64,000 bases of DNA from Spirochaetia bacterium. GTDB taxonomy: Bacteria > Spirochaetota > Spirochaetia > SZUA-6 > Bin103. Position 1 is the first letter of the stretch; each line of letters begins with the position of its first letter. Positions 17,591 through 26,695 of the stretch are shown one piece after another. Location: the NCBI GenBank assembly GCA_965198005.1, contig CBDAOI010000003.1, positions 1,056,001 through 1,120,000 of the forward strand, written 5' to 3'. The position numbers and the translations under genes are program-made. The notes beneath the pieces were generated by a model. The model was given only the letters and a program-made list of their open reading frames with translations. It made no database searches and was not told where the DNA came from.

Positions 17591-18784
17591 GTGCGCCGTC
17601 GCGCCCATCTATACGCCCTGCTCGGTACGCTGATGCTGGCCGCCTGCGCGCGGCAACCGACGCCGGAACTGGCCCGCGACGAGTTGTTCACGCTCAGCAT
17701 CGGCCCGCTCGACGAGCAGCTCAATCTGTTGCGCATTGCCGGCGCCGCGGCCCGTTCCGCCACCAGCATCTACATGCGCGACGGGCTGTTCTATATCGCC
17801 AACGGCAGTGGCGACAAGGTGATGCAGCTCTCCTCCTACGGTGACCTGATTCTGCTCATCTACGATCCCGACTCCAATCCCGAACCGGTCGGGTTCGCCC
17901 GCCCCGCCGGCGCCGGCGCGCGCGGCTTCGCTGCTACCCGGAGCGCGGTGCCGCACGCATTCAACCAGCTCAGTCATATCGCGGTGGACCGCGGCGGCCG
18001 CATTGCGGTGGTCGACGCAGTTGCCGCGGCCGGCGGCGCGGCCGGCGGGCAGATCGTGCGGCGGTTCTCGCCGCGGGGCGAGCATCTGGACGACCTCGGT
18101 CAGCAGGGCGCGGGCGGCGCGCCGTTCCCGCTGGTGCATCGTCTCACGGTCACCGCGGACGACGGTCTGGCGGTTACGGCGCGCAGCCTCCGCCAATGGC
18201 TGGTGTTCTGGTACGATGGCGCCGGCACGTTGCTGGAGCGGACGGAGTTGCCGCATGTCCGGCAGGTCGGCGAACAGGAGGCGCTGGTGACTCGGGACGT
18301 GTTTCCCCACCTCCGGGAGCGCCGACTTACGCTGGTGGTGGAGGCCTGGCTCCCGTCCGGCGGCCCGCGCGCGGAGGAGGCCGCCGCGACGAGCGGTACT
18401 CCCGCCGGCGCCGACCGGCTCGGTGGCCCCGAGATCCGCGTGTACGACGTGGCTTCGCGCAGCGTGGTAGCCGAGTTTCCCGTGCCGGACAGCGCAGCCG
18501 AAACGGTAGGCGCGGCATCCTACCATCCGCTCGGAGTGACCAGCGGCGGGCAACTGTTCCTGACCCGGCGGGAGGACGACCGGACCCACTCGCTGCTGAT
18601 CCTGGGCCGTGGTGGTCGGGTGATCACGCGGCGGTTGCTGAAGCTGGAGGAGGCGGGATTGAGTTACGTCAGTTTGGGCATGACGGCCGGCGGCGTGCTG
18701 TTCGGACTGCTGGCCGAAGCCGACACCGCGCGCGTGGTGTGGTGGCGCGGCGATCTGCTGATTTCCGGAGGGAACCTGCATTGA
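17591..18784 (+). CDS. Putative lipoprotein (LIC12708-like, probable beta-propeller)
   Basis: Lipobox-like LAAC after a hydrophobic segment; '[13 protein letters not shown]', '[11 protein letters not shown]...KVM..SSYGDLI'. Family recognition is from memory. Confidence 0.7.
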   Translation: MRRRAHLYALLGTLMLAACARQPTPELARDELFTLSIGPLDEQLNLLRIAGAAARSATSIYMRDGLFYIANGSGDKVMQLSSYGDLILLIYDPDSNPEPVGFARPAGAGARGFAATRSAVPHAFNQLSHIAVDRGGRIAVVDAVAAAGGAAGGQIVRRFSPRGEHLDDLGQQGAGGAPFPLVHRLTVTADDGLAVTARSLRQWLVFWYDGAGTLLERTELPHVRQVGEQEALVTRDVFPHLRERRLTLVVEAWLPSGGPRAEEAAATSGTPAGADRLGGPEIRVYDVASRSVVAEFPVPDSAAETVGAASYHPLGVTSGGQLFLTRREDDRTHSLLILGRGGRVITRRLLKLEEAGLSYVSLGMTAGGVLFGLLAEADTARVVWWRGDLLISGGNLH

Positions 18785-20394
18785 CCACGCTTGAGGTCGG
18801 CCCGGCTGCCCATCGCCGGCTCCGCCCCCTGCCGGTGGTGACCGGCGCGGAGATGGCGGAGATCGACCGCCGCGCCCAGACCGAGTATGCGCTGCCCGCC
18901 GACGTACTGATGGAGAACGCGGGCGCCAACGCCTACGCCGCGGTGCGCGAGCACCTGTGGGGGGGATCGGTGCCGGCCGCGCCGTTGGTGTTCATCGCCG
19001 GGCGCGGCAACAACGGCGGTGACGCCCTGGTCATGGCGCGCCACGCCCGCGCCGGCGCCGCGGCCGAGGTGGCGGTGGTGCTCGCCGGCGGCGAACCGCA
19101 GGCGGGCGGCCCGGCGGCCCGGAACCTGTCCGCGTGTCGTGCCGCCGGCATCCCCGTCGTGCGCTGGGAGGGGGAACGCGCCGCCGCCGGCCGGACCATT
19201 GCCGCCGCGGCCTGGATCTTCGACGGCATTGCCGGCACCGGCCTCGCCGGTGCCTTGCGGCCGCCGGCGGCCGCGGTGGTGGCGCAGATCAACGCCGCTC
19301 CCGCGCGCGTGGTGGCGCTCGACGTGCCGAGCGGCCTGTGGGACCGTTACCGTGGCGGTCCCCTGGTGCGCGCGGCCGCCACCGTCACCATGGGGCTGCC
19401 GAAGCGCTGTCTCTACCTGCCGGCCGCTCGCACCGCGGCCGGCGAGGTGCTGGTGGTGGCGGTCGGGTTCCCGCGGCCGCTGCTGACCGCGGGGTGCACG
19501 CTGCTGACCGCGGATCTGTTGCCCGGCCTGCTCCCGGCCACGCCGCCGGACGCGCACAAGGGCACGCGCGGCCACCTGGCGGTGTTCGCCGCGGCCCCCG
19601 GCACCACCGGCGCGGCTCATCTGGCGACGGCCGCGGCCGCCGCCGCCGGTGCGGGCCTGGTCACCCTGTACGTCGACGCCGCGACCTACCGGATCGTGGC
19701 CCCGGCGGCGCGTTCCACCATGATTCGTCAGTTCGAGGCCGCCGGCGAGTCGCAGCCGGCGGCGCGGCTCGGGCGGCACCAGGCACTGCTTGCGGGGCCG
19801 GGCTGGGGGACGCGCCCGGAGCGGCGCGACCTGCTTGCGAAGGTGCTGGAGGCGCCGCTGCCGGGGGTGCTCGATGCGGACGGGCTGACGCTGCTGGCGC
19901 AGCTTGCGGCGGCCGAGGGCGCGCCCCGCACGTTGCACGGCCGCTGGGTGCTGACCCCGCATCCCGGCGAGATGGGCCGCTTGCTCGACCTCCCCACGGC
20001 CGAGGTTACCGCCGATCCGATGGCGGCCGCGGCGGCCGCCGCGGACCGCTGGCAGGCGACGGTGATTCTCAAGGGGCACGTGACCTGCATAGCCGACTAC
20101 GCGGACGTGCCGCCGGCGCTGCTGGACCGCAGCAATCCGGCGCTCGCTACCGGCGGCGCCGGCGACGTGCTGGCGGGGGTGGTGGCCGGCTTGCTGAGCC
20201 GCGGTATGGCGCCCGCGGCGGCGGCGCGCGCGGCAGTGCTGATTCACGCCGAGGCGGGGGACCGGGCACGGCGGGAGCGCGGCTGGTTCCGGGCGGAGGA
20301 TCTGCTCCCGCATATCGGCCGCGCCGCCGGCCCGCGCGAGCCAGCCGAGGGGGATGCCGCGAATGCCGCGAATTCCGTGAACGCGGCTTATTGA
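18781..20394 (+). CDS. nnr: Bifunctional NAD(P)H-hydrate epimerase/dehydratase
   Basis: LMENAG, GRGNNGGD, DVPSG, HKGTRG, GPGWG, DADG, LTPHPGE, ATGGAGDVLAG. Confidence 0.93.
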   Translation: MTTLEVGPAAHRRLRPLPVVTGAEMAEIDRRAQTEYALPADVLMENAGANAYAAVREHLWGGSVPAAPLVFIAGRGNNGGDALVMARHARAGAAAEVAVVLAGGEPQAGGPAARNLSACRAAGIPVVRWEGERAAAGRTIAAAAWIFDGIAGTGLAGALRPPAAAVVAQINAAPARVVALDVPSGLWDRYRGGPLVRAAATVTMGLPKRCLYLPAARTAAGEVLVVAVGFPRPLLTAGCTLLTADLLPGLLPATPPDAHKGTRGHLAVFAAAPGTTGAAHLATAAAAAAGAGLVTLYVDAATYRIVAPAARSTMIRQFEAAGESQPAARLGRHQALLAGPGWGTRPERRDLLAKVLEAPLPGVLDADGLTLLAQLAAAEGAPRTLHGRWVLTPHPGEMGRLLDLPTAEVTADPMAAAAAAADRWQATVILKGHVTCIADYADVPPALLDRSNPALATGGAGDVLAGVVAGLLSRGMAPAAAARAAVLIHAEAGDRARRERGWFRAEDLLPHIGRAAGPREPAEGDAANAANSVNAAY

Positions 20395-20419
20395 CCAGTC
20401 GGCGCCGGGCCGGTATGGT
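20391..20419 (+). promoter_or_regulatory. Putative sigma70 promoter
   Basis: TTGACC-N17-TATGGT upstream of the 20463 gene. Confidence 0.55.
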
Positions 20420-20462
20420 GAGGCTCTGATCGCCCCTGAACGAGAGAGGAGCACGGAGCGCG

Positions 20463-20930
20463 ATGCAACTCTATTTTCTGTCAGTCACAGCCAACCTGCT
20501 TGCGGGTGCCGTCCTGGCCAGCGACTATCTGGTGGGCCGCTATCCCGCCCTGGAGCCGTTGCGCATGCTGTTCGAGCGGCGCGCCACCCGTCTGACCCTG
20601 GCCGTCATCACGGCGCTGGTCGGCGTGTTGAAACTGTTCGTGTACACCAACTATGCGGACGCGGGTCAGGTCGCGCTGCTGGCGGACCTGCTGCCGGCGC
20701 TGGCCGGGATCGTGGCGGGTGCGACCCTGGCCGGTCAGGCGCTGGAGTTCGGCACCGAGCGCGCCGACGAGGCCGCCCCACCCGAGAGCGAGACGGCGCC
20801 CATGGTCGACACCGACGGGACGGTCGAGAAAGCGAGCCGGTTCGCTCAGCGCAACCGGGTGGTGGTCGGCTTCGCCGGAATCGGCGCCGCGGTACTTCAC
20901 TTCCTGTTCGGCGGCGTCGTGCTGTTTTGA
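20463..20930 (+). CDS. Hypothetical 4-TM membrane protein
   Basis: SD-like GAGGAG/GGAG upstream, four hydrophobic segments, GC3-biased codons. Confidence 0.75.
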   Translation: MQLYFLSVTANLLAGAVLASDYLVGRYPALEPLRMLFERRATRLTLAVITALVGVLKLFVYTNYADAGQVALLADLLPALAGIVAGATLAGQALEFGTERADEAAPPESETAPMVDTDGTVEKASRFAQRNRVVVGFAGIGAAVLHFLFGGVVLF

Positions 20931-22967
20931 TCAGCGGCCGGCTGCCGCCGCGGCAGCCTGGGATCGTTTGATCACGTCATCGGCGAGACGTCCGGTCACC
21001 GGCGCGTATTCGGCGAACTCGACCTCGAACGACCCCGTACCCGAGGTCATCGACTTGAGATCGATGGCGTAGCGCAACAGTTCCGCCTGCGGCACCAGCG
21101 CCTTGACCTCGAGCATGCCGCCGCCGATCGGTTCCTGGCCCTGAATGCGTCCGCGCCGCCCGCTCAGGTCCGACAGCACGTCGCCCAGATAATGCTCTTC
21201 GACCGAGACCGTAAGGTTGGAAATCGGCTCCAGCAGCACCGGCCGGGCCTTGCCCAGCGCGTCGCGCAGCGCCCCGCGCGCCGCCAGCGAGAAGGCCAGC
21301 TCGGACGAGTCGACCGAGTGCTCCCTGCCGTCCACCAGCGTCACCTCGATTCCCATCACCGGGTACCCGGCCAGCACGCCGCTGGTCATTCCTTCGCGGA
21401 GCCCTTTCTCGACTCCGGGAATGTAGCCGCGTGAGATGGCGCCGCCGAAGATCTGGTTGACGAACTGGAACTCTTCGCCGCCCCGTGGCACCGGCTTGAC
21501 CTTGATCTCGACCTTGGCGTATTGGCCGTGGCCGCCGGTCTGTTTCTTGTGCTGATACTCGGCCGCCGCCGATCCCGCGATCGTCTCGCGGTAGCCGACC
21601 CGCGGGACCTTGGTCTCGACCTCGATCTTGGCGGCGCGCTTGATCTTGTCCAGCACCACGGTGAGCTGGAGTTCGCCCATGCAGGACGCCACGTTCTCGC
21701 GCGTCTCTCCGTTGTAGGCGACCTTGAAGGTCGGATCTTCCTCCCCGGCGCGGGCCAGGAACTGGCCGAGCTTGTCGTCGTCCTTCTTGGAAGCCGCCGC
21801 CACCGTGACCGCGTGCACCGGCTGCGGCAGATCCAGCGGAGGATAACTGACGTCCGACCCCTGGGCCAGAGTGTCTCCCGTGGCGGCGGTCGACAGCTTG
21901 GTGAGGACGCCGACGTCGCCGGTTGCCAGGGCGGGGGTCTCCGTCAGTTTGCCCCCTTGCAGCAGGTACACCTTCGAAATCCGTTCCTTCTTGCGGTCAC
22001 GCTGGTTGGTCAACTCGGTGTCCGGCTTGAGCGTGCCCTGCATCATCCTGATCCACGACAGCTTGCCCGAGTACTGGTCGAGGCTGGTCTTGAACACGAA
22101 CGCCTCCGGACCGTCCGCGGCGTCGGCGGCGGACGCGTCCGGGGCCGGCGCCGCGAGCTGTACCAGGTCGAGCACGCTGGTGACGCCGGCGCCGGCGGTC
22201 ACGGCGCCCGCTACCACCGGCACCACCGCCCCGGACCGCAGGGCAATGGCGAGACCGGTGCGGATCTCTTCGTCGCTCAGGGTTTCCTCATCGAGGTATT
22301 TCTCCATCAGCACGTCGTCGCCCTCGGCGGCTCCCTCGATGAGATCCTGGCGGTACTGCTCCACCTCGTCGGCCAGCTCGGACGGCACGTCGGCCGCGGC
22401 TTCCCGTCCGTCGTCCTGCACCAGCGCCGTGCCGCGGAGCAGGTCCACCACCCCGGAGAACCCCGCGCCGGCCCCGATCGGAACGGCCACCGGGACGAAG
22501 GTGCCGGGCAGTTTCGCGCGCAGATCGGCGAGCGTGTCGGCGAAGCTGGCGTGCTCCTTGTCCATCTGATTGACGAACACGATCCGCGGCTTGGCCGCGG
22601 CCTCGAGGCGGCGCCACAGCTTGGCGGTCTCGATCTGGACGCCCACGTCGGCGCCGACCGTCACGATCGCGGTTTCGGCCACGTGCAGCGCCGCCACCGC
22701 CTCCCCGATGAAGTCGGCCGAGCCGGGGGTGTCGAGCAGGTTGACCTTGGCGCCATTCCACTCGAGGTGCCCGAGGGCGGTGTGAATCGAGATCCCGCGC
22801 GCTATCTCTTCCTCGGTGCGGTCGCTGACCGACTTGCCGGCGTCCACCGGCGCGAACTTGGGCACCTCGCCGCCGCGCACCAGCGCCAGTTCCATGAGCG
22901 ATGTCTTTCCCGTGCCGCCGTGACCGATGATCGCGACGTTGCGGATGTCGGAAGAAGCGATGCTCAT
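20931..22967 (-). CDS. fusA: Elongation factor G paralogue (EF-G II type: divergent G domain, canonical domain IV loops)
   Basis: GHGGTGKT, RGISI, DTPG, NQMD, MGELQL, KKQTGGHGQY, HSVDSS; AAGGAG SD before ATG 22967. Confidence 0.92.
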   Translation of the reverse strand: MSIASSDIRNVAIIGHGGTGKTSLMELALVRGGEVPKFAPVDAGKSVSDRTEEEIARGISIHTALGHLEWNGAKVNLLDTPGSADFIGEAVAALHVAETAIVTVGADVGVQIETAKLWRRLEAAAKPRIVFVNQMDKEHASFADTLADLRAKLPGTFVPVAVPIGAGAGFSGVVDLLRGTALVQDDGREAAADVPSELADEVEQYRQDLIEGAAEGDDVLMEKYLDEETLSDEEIRTGLAIALRSGAVVPVVAGAVTAGAGVTSVLDLVQLAAPAPDASAADAADGPEAFVFKTSLDQYSGKLSWIRMMQGTLKPDTELTNQRDRKKERISKVYLLQGGKLTETPALATGDVGVLTKLSTAATGDTLAQGSDVSYPPLDLPQPVHAVTVAAASKKDDDKLGQFLARAGEEDPTFKVAYNGETRENVASCMGELQLTVVLDKIKRAAKIEVETKVPRVGYRETIAGSAAAEYQHKKQTGGHGQYAKVEIKVKPVPRGGEEFQFVNQIFGGAISRGYIPGVEKGLREGMTSGVLAGYPVMGIEVTLVDGREHSVDSSELAFSLAARGALRDALGKARPVLLEPISNLTVSVEEHYLGDVLSDLSGRRGRIQGQEPIGGGMLEVKALVPQAELLRYAIDLKSMTSGTGSFEVEFAEYAPVTGRLADDVIKRSQAAAAAAGR

Positions 22968-23045
22968 GGCTGTGATCTCCTTGCAGGCACGTTCGGGGTG
23001 CGCGGCGCGTCGCTCGGGGCGGGGCGACCGGCGCACCGACTCCAC

Positions 23046-23074
23046 ATCGTAGACCGGCGCGAACGGCTTGTCAA
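23046..23074 (-). promoter_or_regulatory. Putative sigma70 promoter of the EF-G II gene
   Basis: Minus strand TTGACA-N17-TACGAT. Confidence 0.65.
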
Positions 23075-23215
23075 CCGACCGGATCGAACTGGCCATGCCT
23101 GACGAAACCGCACACGACGGGGAGTCGCCTTCGATCATCCAACGGTTACCGAGTCCGCTACACCACGTCGTACATGCGCTGTCCTCCGTGCTGGCCCATC
23201 GGTCTGACGGCCGCC

Positions 23216-23249
23216 TTGCATCCTTCCTGATTTTGCATGACAATGTCAT
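23216..23249 (+). promoter_or_regulatory. dinJ-yafQ promoter with overlapping palindromic operator
   Basis: TTGCAT-N17-GACAAT; ATGACA-A-TGTCAT inverted repeat (23237-23249) covers the -10, as expected for TA autorepression. Confidence 0.55.
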
Positions 23250-23278
23250 TCATTCAAGACCGACAAGGAGAATCGACC

Positions 23279-23542
23279 ATGGCTGCAAATCAGCTCGTCC
23301 AGGCCCGCATCGACGGAGCCGTGAAAGAAGAGGCGGCCGCCGTGCTGGCCGCAATGGGCCTGACCGTGTCCGATGCCGTGCGGCTACTGCTGACCCGGGT
23401 TGCGCAGGACAAGACCCTGCCGTTCGCGCCTCTGATTCCAAACGCCGTCACCATCGAGGCGATGAAGGAAGCCCGCAAGGGCGGCCTCCTGCAATTCGAC
23501 AGCGTGCAAGCTCTCATGGGCGATCTGCATGCGCAAGATTGA
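23279..23542 (+). CDS. dinJ: RelB/DinJ family antitoxin
   Basis: VQARID..VKEEAAAVLAAMGLTVSDAVRLLL.RVA..K.LPF..LIPN..TIEAM; AAGGAG SD. Confidence 0.92.
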   Translation: MAANQLVQARIDGAVKEEAAAVLAAMGLTVSDAVRLLLTRVAQDKTLPFAPLIPNAVTIEAMKEARKGGLLQFDSVQALMGDLHAQD

Positions 23543-23660
23543 GCGCACCGGCCAGTTCAGGCGCGATTACAAGCGCGAGGCCAGGGGCCAGCACCGGACG
23601 ACACTCGACGCCGACTTGGTGCCCATCCTGGTTGCCCTGGCCGATGACCAGCCGCTGGAG
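23471..23660 (+). repeat. 190-bp direct repeat, copy 1 (dinJ 3' end + yafQ 5' part)
   Basis: Matches 26380-26569 with about 6 substitutions by manual alignment. Confidence 0.95.
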
Positions 23661-23732
23661 CCTCGGCACTACGACCATGCGCTGAGCGGCGATTGGAAAG
23701 ATCACCGCGATTGCCACGTGAAGCCTCGTTGA
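23529..23732 (+). pseudogene. yafQ: YafQ family toxin, 3'-truncated (67 aa)
   Basis: IERTGQFRRDYK...DHALSGDWKDHRDCHVKP then stop. The conserved 'DLVLIY...LVRLGSHSEL' C-terminus is missing. Confidence 0.85.
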
Positions 23733-23763
23733 AGTCCGGCTCCCCCGTGAAACGCCAGTGAGG

Positions 23764-24009
23764 TCATCGCGCCGGCGCGCTGCAGCGCTCCGAGAATGCG
23801 CGCCTGCAGGTACTCGCGCGCGACGTTCCGGCCTCCCAGGGCGGCGCCAGGGTATACAGTCCGCGCCGCAGTTGCCGAACCCGCCCGCTGCGCGTCCAGC
23901 GCGAGAGCTGGCGCCGCAGATCGGCAGGGTCAACGGCCCCCGCCAGCAGCAACCCGGTCTCGAACAGCGGCTCATCCGCCACGATTTCCGCCAACTCCTG
24001 AAATCGCAT
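23764..24009 (-). pseudogene. N-terminal fragment of an AbiEi-like (type IV TA) antitoxin/regulator
   Basis: MRFQEL..IV.DEPLFETGLLLAG.VDP..LRRQLSRW..SG...QLRRGLYTLAPPW, then unrelated sequence. No cognate nucleotidyltransferase follows. Confidence 0.65.
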
Positions 24010-24184
24010 TGCCACAAGTTACCATTTTGGGCAGACTATTGCCACAGGAACATCGAAGAGCGCGCGGCTGCTACGTGCCCGAACGCGCGCGCGGCCGCTG
24101 CATCAACGGCGGTGCAACGGCGGTGCCGCACTCGATTGCCTCCCGCGCCTTGGACACGATAGAGTCAGTGCTCAGGCTACCGTA

Positions 24185-24469
24185 GTGATCACCTCCCGCG
24201 CCCACCCGCGCATTCCCTACGGCGAGCCGCAGGCGCTGCTGTCGCTGCTCGTGGTCGCCCCGGCCGGCCTGCCGCTGGCCCTGGCCTGCCGGCGGCTGCA
24301 CCGCAAGGGCTATCGCGTCACCGCCTGGGTAGCAATGGCCGTACTGGCGGTCGCCACCGTCGCCGCCACCCTGATCGCCGGCCTGCTCGGCCCCGCCGCC
24401 ATCATCATCTACGCCCTCGTAATAAGCCTCCCCGTCTGGCTCGCCGGCTCCCTCCTCCGCAAGCATTAG
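24185..24469 (+). CDS. Small hypothetical 3-TM membrane protein (possibly a fragment)
   Basis: Three hydrophobic segments and C-ending codon bias. Confidence 0.55.
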   Translation: MITSRAHPRIPYGEPQALLSLLVVAPAGLPLALACRRLHRKGYRVTAWVAMAVLAVATVAATLIAGLLGPAAIIIYALVISLPVWLAGSLLRKH

Positions 24470-25021
24470 ACCGGCTCCATACACCAGCCCCCAACGGCAC
24501 CAGCCCAAGCCCGCGCTTATTCGGCATTTTCCAATACCGATTTTGGCAGAGAATAGATTGCCAAGAAATCCATGGCCGAATATCTTGTACACTGGAATGT
24601 CATCATCGTCGAGGTTGAGGGTGGTGATGGCGCGGCAGACTGCGTAGCGGCGCTGCTGGCCGCGCTCGCGGCCGACCCGCGACATCGACTTTCCGCTCGG
24701 CGGCCAGTCAATCGCATGGATCCTGGATCTGCTTGTCGATCCCGTTCCGTACCACGTGCAACTCTTCGTCTCGGCACTTCGCAATGCGTGTAGAGCAGAC
24801 CCCTCGCGGGTGTCGCCGGAAACGATCGAGCGTTGTTTTGAAGAGCAGCTCGCGGGCGAAAGCGGAACCGCCCATCCGGAAGCTCAGCGACCGGATTTTC
24901 GACGTCGTGGTGGCCCCCGGCTTGTTGGGAGAACCTGCCTCCGGAGCGCCTCCGCCACGCTGGATGCGCTGGTTGCCGGTTGCTTGACGCCGCTGCGGTT
25001 CGGGAATAGGTTCAGAGAGCC

Positions 25022-26144
25022 ATGCCGGCGTCAGGAAGCCCTGAGCGCAGCGACCGCGCCGTTGCGCTGATCAATGACTTGTTGGCGGCTTCCGCTGAGA
25101 CCGCCAGCGTCGAGTTCAAGGAGAACAACTCCGCGCCCGTTCTGATCGGGAAATACATCTCGGCGCTCGCCAACGCCGCGGCCCTCGAAGAGGAGCACTT
25201 CGGGTACCTGGTGTGGGGGGTGCGTGACTCCGATTACACGGTGATCGGCACCACCTTCGATCCGCACTCGGTCGTACGGAACGGCCAACCGCTGCCGTTT
25301 TGGCTGGCGCAGCGAATCGCCCCGGACGTGGCGTTTCGATTTCAGACCGTGGCACACCCCGCCGGACGGGTGGTGCTGCTGACGATTCCGGCTGCCACGG
25401 TAAGTCCCGTGGACTTTGACCGCACGGCGTATCTCCGGATCGGATCAGCGACGCCACGCCTGGCCGACTACCCCGACCGGCAAAGGGCACTGTGGAGAAA
25501 GCTCCAGCCATTCCTTTGGGAGACCGGCATCGCCGCGAGTTTCCTGACCGAAGATGAGGTGCTTGCCCGCATCGACTATCCCAGCTACTTCGACCTCACC
25601 GACCAGCCGCTGCCGAACAGTCGACACGGTATCGTACAACGTCTGAGCCAGGACCGGATCATCATCCACGATGCCGGAGGCCGCTGGAACATCACCCATC
25701 TCGGGGCAATACCGGTTCATCGACGCACCGCCGCGGTCACGCAACGAAGCACTCGCCGCGTTCATGCGCCGCATGAAACTCTGCGAAGAACAGGGCACGG
25801 GAATCGACAAGGTGGTGGCGGCCGTGGAACGCCGGCAGATGCCGCCACCTGATTTTCAGGTGGGAAACGGCCGGATAGAGGCGACGCGGGCGATTCTCTT
25901 CGCGCCGGCCGGGTTCGCGGACACCATGATTCAGGAACGGGTGCGGGCCTGTTACCAACATGCCGCGCTGAAGTTTCTGGAGCGCGGCGTATTGACCAAT
26001 GCCAGCCTGCGGCAGCGCTTTGGCCTGACTGGACGAGACAGCGCGAAGGTGTCGCAGGTGATCCGCCTCGCCCGCGACCGCGGCCTGATCAAACCTGCCG
26101 ACCCCACACACCTGCGATCCGGCTACGTGCCTTTCTGGGCGTAA
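25022..26144 (+). pseudogene. Schlafen/AlbA_2 + ATP-binding (HATPase_c_4-like) + wHTH protein, internally deleted and frameshifted
   Basis: 'E...VEFKEN...IGKYISALAN...GYLVWGV' in ORF 25022. 'RFID.PPRSRNE.LA..MRR...CEEQGTGIDKV...YVPFWA' in another frame from ~25712. Confidence 0.75.
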
Positions 26145-26364
26145 GCCGGCAAGGTCAGCACCGGGAGCACCTTCCTGGAGCATGCTGCCGACTGGGAGCC
26201 GGGTGCGGTACGTCGCGCCGGCTCTAAACCGCTCTAAATCGACGTGGCGCCGCCGGCACCGAGTCGAGCCCCACTGCCCGCCGACTACGTAGGGCGCACC
26301 GCAGCCGTCATCGATAGACTGTAGATCGTAATAGTGAGGCAGAGCGGCCTCGAGATCGTCGACC

Positions 26365-26451
26365 ATGGCCACGCACGTTGCCCGCAAGGGCGGCCTCCTG
26401 CAGTTCGACAGCGTGCAAGCTCTCATGGACGATCTGAATGAGCAAGATTGA
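26365..26451 (+). pseudogene. Internally deleted second dinJ copy (28-codon in-frame mini-ORF)
   Basis: TCGACCATGGC start context identical to dinJ; MATHV joined to ARKGGLLQFDSVQALMDDLNEQD*. Confidence 0.7.
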
Positions 26452-26569
26452 GCGCACCGGCCAGTTCAGGCGCGATTACAAGCGCGAGGCCAGGGGCCAG
26501 CACCGGGCGTCACTCGACGCCGACTTGGTGCCCATCCTGGTTGCCCTGGCCGATGACCAGCCGCTGGAG
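26380..26569 (+). repeat. 190-bp direct repeat, copy 2
   Basis: Matches 23471-23660. Confidence 0.95.
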
Positions 26570-26695
26570 GTCGTCGCGCAGTGGGAGCACGAGGCGATCA
26601 GCGAACGCACCGCCGCGGCCCTCGCCGCCAAGCGTGCCCGCGGCGAGCGCATCAGCGGCCAGGCCCCTAGCGCCACGAAGGCGGCCGCGTGGTAG
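26438..26695 (+). pseudogene. Chimera: yafQ 5' half fused in frame to a serine-recombinase (resolvase) fragment
   Basis: YafQ residues up to DQPLE, then [33 protein letters not shown], matching the resolvase E-helix pattern AqwEre.I.ERt...l..k...G. Confidence 0.7.

Noticed and set aside
24572-25070. Short ORFs 24572-24793, 24733-24987 and 24756-25070
   Set aside because: No recognisable motifs or consistent codon bias; probably gene debris that I cannot assign.
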